Below are positions 57,935 through 64,000 of a stretch of DNA of 64,000 bases, one piece after another. The DNA comes from Deltaproteobacteria bacterium. GTDB lineage: Bacteria > Desulfobacterota > Dissulfuribacteria > Dissulfuribacterales > QOAL01. The first letter of the stretch is position 1. Every line of letters begins with the position of its first letter. The DNA lies in the NCBI GenBank assembly GCA_015493475.1, contig WGDC01000012.1, forward strand, positions 677-64,676, written 5' to 3'. The translations under genes and the position numbers were made by a program. The notes beneath the pieces were generated by a model that ran no database searches, was not told the origin of the DNA, and worked only from the letters and a program-made list of their open reading frames with translations.

Positions 57935-59314
57935 ATGGGATGGATAAAGGACTTCCGGAACTGGGTATGGAAAGACCTTCCGCACCACGAGCAAAAGGGG
58001 ATAGGCGCCTTTTCCCGGAATATCCTCAAGGTGCTCTGCCTGGTAATCTCCGGATTCGGTAGGCACGGTCTTGAGCTTCGGGCAAGTGCCCTAACGTACA
58101 CCGTCATACTGTCCATCGTACCAGTACTCGCCATGGGCACAGCGCTTGTCAAAGGCCTTGGCGCGGACAACTACCTGAAACAGGCCGCATACAGGATGAT
58201 CGCCGAGGCGGAATCTCTTTCAGACTCCGGGCCGGCCATGGGTAATGACATCCCAGCCGGGACAAACGCCACCACTCACGCAATCCACCTGCAGTCCACT
58301 AAGCACCTTGAACTGGCCATAGACAAGCTCTTTGACTACGTGGATAAAACCAACTTCGCGGCCCTCGGATGGCTTGGCATCTTTGCCTCCTTGCTGACTG
58401 TCATATCCCTGATGACGCATATCGAAGAGGCCATGAACACCATTTGGGAAACAAAAAAGGCCAGGGATATAGGTCGAAAAATCATTGATTACATCGGCCT
58501 TATCGTACTTATGCCGCTGTCCATAAACATCGCCTTCTGGGCAATAACTGCCAATCAGAGCAAGGCATTCATTGAGAAGATGACCGCCCTGCTGAAGATA
58601 TCCTGGCTCTTGCCGGTGATTTTCAAGGTCGTACCATTTCTTATGATTATAGGAACCTTTACCATCCTCTACAGGTTCATGCCGAATACATTCGTGAGAT
58701 GGTGGCCGGCAACCTTGGGCGGAATGATAGGCGGTATTGGCTGGATAGCGGCCCAGACCCTTTACATCAAGATGCAGATTGGAGTTGCAAAGTACAACGC
58801 CATCTACGGCTCCTTTGCCACCCTGCCCCTTTTCATATTCTGGGTCTATGTGGGATGGATCATATTTCTCATAGGGGCGGAGACCTCCTGCGCCATACAA
58901 AATTTCCGGAGGCTTAACCCCCTCATGAAACCCCTTGAACCTGTTGAAAAGCTTGCCCTTGCAATTGACATTCTACAAGTGACCTACGAGTACTTTGACC
59001 AAGGGACTGCAGTCACCTCAAAGCTCCTGTCAGACCGGATCGGACACCCTCTGCCTGAGATTGACAAGGTAATAGACAGGCTCATTGCAGGCCGCCTGCT
59101 CGTCCAAACGGATAATTTTGGGCAATTTCTTCCCACCATCTCGAGGGAGCATGTAGATAACAGGCATGTCTTCGAGGCCGTTTGTGGAAGCATCAGGAGC
59201 AGAAAAAGCCTGGGAGAGAAAATCGCTGGGAATCTTTATGACGCAGCCATTAAAAAGATCGAGGGCATCCCGGACAAATTTCCTGGGCCTGATTTAAATC
59301 TCCATCATAATTAA
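57935..59314 (+). CDS. YihY/BrkB-family membrane protein with a C-terminal winged-helix-like domain
   Basis: ASALTYTVILSIVP, IEEAMNTIW, YNAIYGSFATLP...W.Y.GW...GAE, and a soluble C-terminus. Confidence 0.88.
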   Translation: MGWIKDFRNWVWKDLPHHEQKGIGAFSRNILKVLCLVISGFGRHGLELRASALTYTVILSIVPVLAMGTALVKGLGADNYLKQAAYRMIAEAESLSDSGPAMGNDIPAGTNATTHAIHLQSTKHLELAIDKLFDYVDKTNFAALGWLGIFASLLTVISLMTHIEEAMNTIWETKKARDIGRKIIDYIGLIVLMPLSINIAFWAITANQSKAFIEKMTALLKISWLLPVIFKVVPFLMIIGTFTILYRFMPNTFVRWWPATLGGMIGGIGWIAAQTLYIKMQIGVAKYNAIYGSFATLPLFIFWVYVGWIIFLIGAETSCAIQNFRRLNPLMKPLEPVEKLALAIDILQVTYEYFDQGTAVTSKLLSDRIGHPLPEIDKVIDRLIAGRLLVQTDNFGQFLPTISREHVDNRHVFEAVCGSIRSRKSLGEKIAGNLYDAAIKKIEGIPDKFPGPDLNLHHN

Positions 59315-59428
59315 TAGCGGCTACTAATGAATAAAATGAAAAAGGGATGAAACAGTCTCGTCCCATCCCCCGGCTTACATCAAAGTTAATCTGCCATTGG
59401 TGAGCAGCGTGGTTTTAACTTAAGTCTT

Positions 59429-59626
59429 TTAGTATCTCTTTCTTCTTCTGCTAGCCTTTCTGCGCCTGCGTTCAGCTTCCTGAGCCTTTCTGCGCCTCTT
59501 TACACTCGGTTTTTCATAAAAGCGCCTGTTTTTAAGCTCACGCTGAAGCCCGTCAAGCTGCATCTTCTTCTTAAGCAACTTGAGCGCCTTTTCCAGGTTA
59601 TCCTGGACTTCAACGACAATGGCCAA
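59429..59626 (-). CDS. rpsU: 30S ribosomal protein S21
   Basis: [11 protein letters not shown]...[13 protein letters not shown]; AAGGGGG RBS. Confidence 0.95.
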   Translation of the reverse strand: MAIVVEVQDNLEKALKLLKKKMQLDGLQRELKNRRFYEKPSVKRRRKAQEAERRRRKASRRRKRY

Positions 59627-59830
59627 GGGTATCCCCCCTTTCTATTAAATAGTGAGGCAATAATAAAAGGCCGGAGGGAAAAGTCAAGAAATAAGTGGAA
59701 GCAACATCAATTATGGGAATACCAAGCCGCGGCTTCCATTTTTCCGAATCGGTGCGTAACTTTTCCGTGAAGAAAAGACCGGACAGATTGCAGGTATAGA
59801 GAAAAAAGAGGGCCTTGCACGAAAAAGACC

Positions 59831-59859
59831 TTGCACATTGGGAGTTAATTTTTTATAAT
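59831..59859 (+). promoter_or_regulatory. Predicted sigma70 promoter of the RpoD-like gene
   Basis: TTGCAC (59831-36), 17 bp spacer, TATAAT (59854-59). Confidence 0.6.
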
Positions 59860-59919
59860 ATAATGTTTCCGCTTTAAGACTAGCATGGAATCAAACTTTT
59901 CAGGCGAGGTTTTGCCAGT

Positions 59920-61299
59920 ATGGCTCCCAAAACCATGAGAAAGGAAAGTAGCGTGGAATCCACCAGCTACATGGATCAGCTACTCGAGGCTGGACATGGC
60001 GGTTCCCTGTCCTACGAGACCCTTAACGAGATCATCCCGGATGACATCAAGGATCCTGCAAAACTAGAGGAAATCTTCGATGTCTTGTGCCGGAACAATA
60101 TAGAGGTCATAGGCGGCAATCTTAACGACGCAATCGCCTTAAAAGAACCCGCCAAAACCGGGCAAGCGACCCAGCGACCGCCTGGCAAGATGGCCTCTAA
60201 GGACCCGAAAGACCCGAAGCAGGTGGTAATTGACTCTGGTGAATACACCGATTCCGAGGAAATAACCACTACATACCTGAGGGAAATGGGCAGGTACGAG
60301 CTCCTTACCCCTGAGAGGGAGGAACAGCTCAGCAAGATCATACGCACGGGCTTTAATACAATTATCTCCGCCGTCATGGAACATCCGGGCTCCATTTCGG
60401 AAATGGAAACCCTCAGGGAGCAAATCCGCCTTTGGAAAAGAAGGGATCCCACTCTCAAGCCCAAAAAACAGCATCTCAACCACCTTGCAGAAACGGTTTA
60501 CCATATATACCGTACATATCCTGACAACGAGTCCGTCCAGGAACTTTGGAAACTCGTGAGCATCCAGCAGAAAAAGGTGGAAAGGGCAAAGGATGAGATG
60601 ATAAACGCCAACCTGCGCCTCGTGGTAAGCATCGCCAAGCGTTACATGCACCAGGGCCTTTCCCTGGCAGATCTCATCCAGGAAGGTAACCTTGGGCTTA
60701 TGCGCGCGGTCTTCCGTTTTGACTACACAAAGGGCAACAAGTTCTCCACTTACGCGAGCTGGTGGATCAGGCAGGCCATTACCAGGGCCATCCTTGATAA
60801 AACAAGGACCATCAGGCTCCCGGTTCATTTCCTGGAGCTCAGGAGCCAGTTCTTCAAGGCCTTTTATGCCATGCTCAAGGAACTTGGACGGGAGCCCACC
60901 CCAGCTGAAATATCTGAACGCACCGGGTTGCCCATGGAAAAGATACTTTCCATCCTTGAGGCCTCAAGGGAGCCTGTATCCCTTGAAACGCCGGTGGGAG
61001 ATGAGGACAGCACCCTTGGCGACTTCATCGAAAACAAGGATGCGGTTTCCCCTTACGAAAGCGTAAGGGAAAGGGAGCTTACAGAGCGCATCAAGAGCAT
61101 ACTTGCAACCCTTAGCCCGAGGGAGGAAAAGATAATAAGGCTCCGTTTCGGCATTGGCGAAGACTCAGAGTACACTCTCGAAGAGATCGGAAAGCGCTTT
61201 AACGTATCGAGGGAAAGGATCAGGCAAATCGAGAAAAAGGCGCTTAACAGACTTAGACATTCAAGCAGGCGAGAAAAGCTCAAATACTTCCTGGATTAA
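59920..61299 (+). CDS. RpoD/SigA-family sigma70 factor (possibly a non-primary paralog)
   Basis: Regions 1.1, 1.2 (YLREMG), 2 (NLRLVVSIAKRY, DLIQEGNLGL, FSTYASWWIRQAITR), 3 and 4 (TLEEIG...RERIRQIE). Confidence 0.9.
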   Translation: MAPKTMRKESSVESTSYMDQLLEAGHGGSLSYETLNEIIPDDIKDPAKLEEIFDVLCRNNIEVIGGNLNDAIALKEPAKTGQATQRPPGKMASKDPKDPKQVVIDSGEYTDSEEITTTYLREMGRYELLTPEREEQLSKIIRTGFNTIISAVMEHPGSISEMETLREQIRLWKRRDPTLKPKKQHLNHLAETVYHIYRTYPDNESVQELWKLVSIQQKKVERAKDEMINANLRLVVSIAKRYMHQGLSLADLIQEGNLGLMRAVFRFDYTKGNKFSTYASWWIRQAITRAILDKTRTIRLPVHFLELRSQFFKAFYAMLKELGREPTPAEISERTGLPMEKILSILEASREPVSLETPVGDEDSTLGDFIENKDAVSPYESVRERELTERIKSILATLSPREEKIIRLRFGIGEDSEYTLEEIGKRFNVSRERIRQIEKKALNRLRHSSRREKLKYFLD

Positions 61300-63799
61300 A
61301 AGACAGCTTCTTATCCATGTAATAGCCGGAGGCGGTAACTGCGCCGTTTCTGGCTATTTTTATGTCCACCGTGCCCACCCTGTCGGTGCGGAGAAAGGTG
61401 ATGCCAAGAACCCTGTAGCGCTCAACGACCTGTCTTGCAGGGTGGTGAAAGGGATTTTTGTAACCGCAACTGCATGCCGCCAACCACGGTGAAACCGCTT
61501 TCAGAAAAGGGGTGCTGCTAGAGCTTCCAGCCCCGTGATGGGGAACGACCATGACCCTGGCACTAACCGGCAGACCCTCGGCCAACATCTCCAACTCTCT
61601 CCTTTTTTCTATGTCTCCTGGTAGAAGAAGCCTGTTCTTCCCGAAAACAAGCCTCAGTACGAGCCCGGCGTTGTTTCTTGAACGCCCCTTGACGCTTTCA
61701 GGTGCCATGCAGTCAACAACCACCCCCTTTTCTGGAAACCGGCGATCGTATCCGCGGAACCTCGAAATTGGGATTCCCCGTTTTCTCAACTCTACGAGCA
61801 GCTTCCTGTATGCCTTGTTGTCGGCCCTGTCGTCGCCATTCAGCCATGCCCTTTTTACGGGAAACTCCCTTACGATGGAGACGGCCCCGCCCACGTGGTC
61901 CGTATCTGGATGAGAAATGGCCATCACCTCGATGCTGCCTATGCCAAGCCTTCTCAGGTACGGGGCCACCAAGGCGCTTCCAACATCAAAGTCTGACTCC
62001 CTGAAGCCTCCTGTATCCACCACCATGGCGTCACCCCCTGGAAGCTCAAGGACCTGGCAGAGCCCCTGGCCTACGTCCACCACGTGAAGGATCAGAAAAT
62101 CCCTGTGGGTCCGCGCGAATCTCGACAGGAAATGTCCTGAGATCAGTATGCAACACAAGGATAGGGTAAAAAGGGCGCACCTCCTGCCTGCCATGGAAAG
62201 TGGTATCATCAGCATAACCCCAAGAAACATTGACAGCTCCCATGGAGTGGGAGGAATAACGAAATGATTTATCCAGGAGGGAGAAGTTAAAGACCGAGCT
62301 ACAAGCAGCATTAACGCTGTTCCCAAGGAGGCAAAAAACATGAATACGTGGCACATTGGCGGAAATACGAGCCAGCAAAAGACCATAGAGAAAAGCATGG
62401 GGAGAACGAGGAACTCCACGAGGGGAATGCATAGGATATTCAGCACCAGTGACCAGGGATTGAACCTTTGAAAGTAAAACGCCGCGAGGGGGCTTGAAAC
62501 CACAAACGCAAGGAGACACACCATCAGAAAGCGCACTACCGGCCTTCTTTTTATGACAGGAACCTTCATTTCGATTGCCACTCCAATATGGATCAGAAAG
62601 AAAACCATCAGGAAGGAAAGCTGAAAGGAGACATCGAAAAGGTAAAAAGGGCTCAGCAACAGGAGGATCCAGGCAGCTGCCGCAAGGCCCGACTCTATCC
62701 TTGATTTCCTGCCGAGGATTATGCAAAAGGCAACGGATGAAATCATGACAAAGGCCCTCAGGCTCGAAGGGGAAAATCCTGCAAGGAGACAGTAAAAACC
62801 ACATGATAGGACAGCAGCCATCCAAGAAATTTTCCTGATGTCAACATTGAGGAGTATCCAGGGTATAAAACGACATACAAACATGGTGAAAAAGGCTGCA
62901 AATGCCGCCACGATAGCCATATGAAGGCCTGATACGGCAAAAAGGTGGCCAAGACCGGCGGCGGAGAAAAGCCTCTTGAGGTCCGGGGAAAGCCATGCCC
63001 TTGAGCCTGTAACAAGCGCCACGGCGACGGACGACACATCCCTTGGTTCAATATCAGAGATGAGCACTCTTGTAACTGCCCACCTGAGCCTTGCAGCCTC
63101 AATGGAAAAACACTGCATGAAACCGTACCGGCTACTCCTTCCTCTCAGAAATACAACATTGAGCGGACCCATGCAGCTCGCCCTTGTCATGATACCCCTC
63201 AAGGCCCAGTAGTTCTCGAAATCAAACGTCCCCGGCGTGCCGAAGTTCCTTATCCTGTAAATCCGCGCATAAAAGAGGACCCGGCGCCCCGGCCTCAACT
63301 CGTCGCAGGAAATGGACTTGAAACTCGCTATTAATGTCTCGTTTACAGGCGCGGTCTTACCACCAACCCCAGCCTCTTCCACTAGTACCCTCACCCTGGC
63401 GCCCTTTGAAGCCGGCGTCGCAAGGCCGGTTATGATCCCCCTTAGGAGGATCTTTTGGTCTGTTTGGGCCAAATCCAGAAGTATGGCCTGGGACTGCCAA
63501 AGGGCCTTTTTAGTAAAGTGCCAGTGGAACATGCCCGACAGAAACAGGACAGTAAAAAGAACGGCGAGAAACGACAGCCTTTTGACAAGGTCCGGAAGGC
63601 CATAAATCGAACCGTCACTTCTACGGCAAAGGGGAAAAGAAAAAAACGCCGAGGCAACCGCAGCCAACGAAAAGACTCCGGCAATATCTGTAATAGTAAG
63701 ACCATAAGCGCCCCTGCCACAGAAGATTCCCGCCATAAAAGGCACAAGCAAGGCCGCAAGCGGGACGGGGTAAATTGCCGGGAAAAATCGCCTGTCCAC
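61280..63799 (-). CDS. comEC: DNA internalization competence protein ComEC/Rec2
   Basis: HLFAVSGLH, SFQLSF, and MBL domain DVGQG, SHPDTDH, GDIE, PHHG, N.F.HP. Confidence 0.93.
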   Translation of the reverse strand: MDRRFFPAIYPVPLAALLVPFMAGIFCGRGAYGLTITDIAGVFSLAAVASAFFSFPLCRRSDGSIYGLPDLVKRLSFLAVLFTVLFLSGMFHWHFTKKALWQSQAILLDLAQTDQKILLRGIITGLATPASKGARVRVLVEEAGVGGKTAPVNETLIASFKSISCDELRPGRRVLFYARIYRIRNFGTPGTFDFENYWALRGIMTRASCMGPLNVVFLRGRSSRYGFMQCFSIEAARLRWAVTRVLISDIEPRDVSSVAVALVTGSRAWLSPDLKRLFSAAGLGHLFAVSGLHMAIVAAFAAFFTMFVCRFIPWILLNVDIRKISWMAAVLSCGFYCLLAGFSPSSLRAFVMISSVAFCIILGRKSRIESGLAAAAWILLLLSPFYLFDVSFQLSFLMVFFLIHIGVAIEMKVPVIKRRPVVRFLMVCLLAFVVSSPLAAFYFQRFNPWSLVLNILCIPLVEFLVLPMLFSMVFCWLVFPPMCHVFMFFASLGTALMLLVARSLTSPSWINHFVIPPTPWELSMFLGVMLMIPLSMAGRRCALFTLSLCCILISGHFLSRFARTHRDFLILHVVDVGQGLCQVLELPGGDAMVVDTGGFRESDFDVGSALVAPYLRRLGIGSIEVMAISHPDTDHVGGAVSIVREFPVKRAWLNGDDRADNKAYRKLLVELRKRGIPISRFRGYDRRFPEKGVVVDCMAPESVKGRSRNNAGLVLRLVFGKNRLLLPGDIEKRRELEMLAEGLPVSARVMVVPHHGAGSSSSTPFLKAVSPWLAACSCGYKNPFHHPARQVVERYRVLGITFLRTDRVGTVDIKIARNGAVTASGYYMDKKLSFNPGSI

Positions 63800-63808
63800 C
63801 CGCGCGGC

Positions 63809-64000
63809 CTACTGAGCCTTTAGCACGATCACCACGGTTTTTCCCCCTGGCATGAAAAACCTCGTCCTTTTAAAGGAAGGAGGCCCGGAAAGCCCCGGCG
63901 GGACGTTGTTTGAGAAGCCGAACTGTTCCTCCGGGATTTTCAAAACGGTATCGAACTTGCCGTTGTTGTTAGCGTCATGATAAAACATGATCGCATACCA
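63809..64000 (-). CDS. DUF2141-like protein (partial; 5' end outside the window)
   Basis: Manual translation gives WYAIMFYHDANNNGKFDTVLKIPEEQFGFSNN...GPPSF..., with stop TAG at 63811-63809. Confidence 0.75.
   Translation of the reverse strand, partial: WYAIMFYHDANNNGKFDTVLKIPEEQFGFSNNVPPGLSGPPSFKRTRFFMPGGKTVVIVLKAQ

Noticed and set aside
1-64000. CRISPR arrays, IS elements, prophage, rRNA, known defence systems
   Set aside because: No regularly spaced repeats, transposase, integrase, phage genes or rRNA signatures were seen by eye.

Overview
This window is ordinary chromosomal backbone of an anaerobic Desulfobacterota (deltaproteobacteria)-like bacterium. That assignment is inferred from the gene set: hcp, rex, TauE, hemerythrin, a second dnaA-like gene and sigma54-type promoters. 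It holds about 55 CDSs and one tRNA-Leu(TAG). I saw no transposase, integrase, prophage or CRISPR array. In order, the contents are: the 5' end of an exopolysaccharide operon (marR-EPS, ugd, deacetylase, manC, running off the left edge); ftsK-U32-trmN6; mltD-pyrR-pdxA-nodIJ-like; mdh/mltA; alr-tatBC; rex plus a TauE fusion; a DUF3857/transglutaminase pair; adh-agcS; an hcp module; ispDF-glcD-dnaA paralog; pseudo-HtrA; uppP; nagZ; tig-clpPX-lon-rfaH; tRNA-Leu; chrA-bioBA-yhaNO; yihY; rpsU; a RpoD-like sigma; comEC. The most interesting signals are regulatory or involve catalytically dead enzyme homologues. (1) A complete sigma54 promoter architecture drives rex and a signal-peptide-bearing TauE fusion. 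It comprises a -24/-12 element, an IHF-like site, Rex-like boxes and three perfect copies of TGCAAC-N6-GTTGCA, and sits next to an Oxa1/DUF106-like membrane protein. (2) An ops-like element and a first gene without a Shine-Dalgarno sequence lie in the EPS leader, while an orphan RfaH-like NusG paralog lies 39 kb away behind lon. (3) An orphan DnaA paralog has a degenerate Walker B. (4) An HtrA homolog lacks all three catalytic residues. (5) An active and an inactive transglutaminase-like gene are paired. (6) A structured 5' leader precedes mltD. All calls come from reading motifs by eye; no searches were run.
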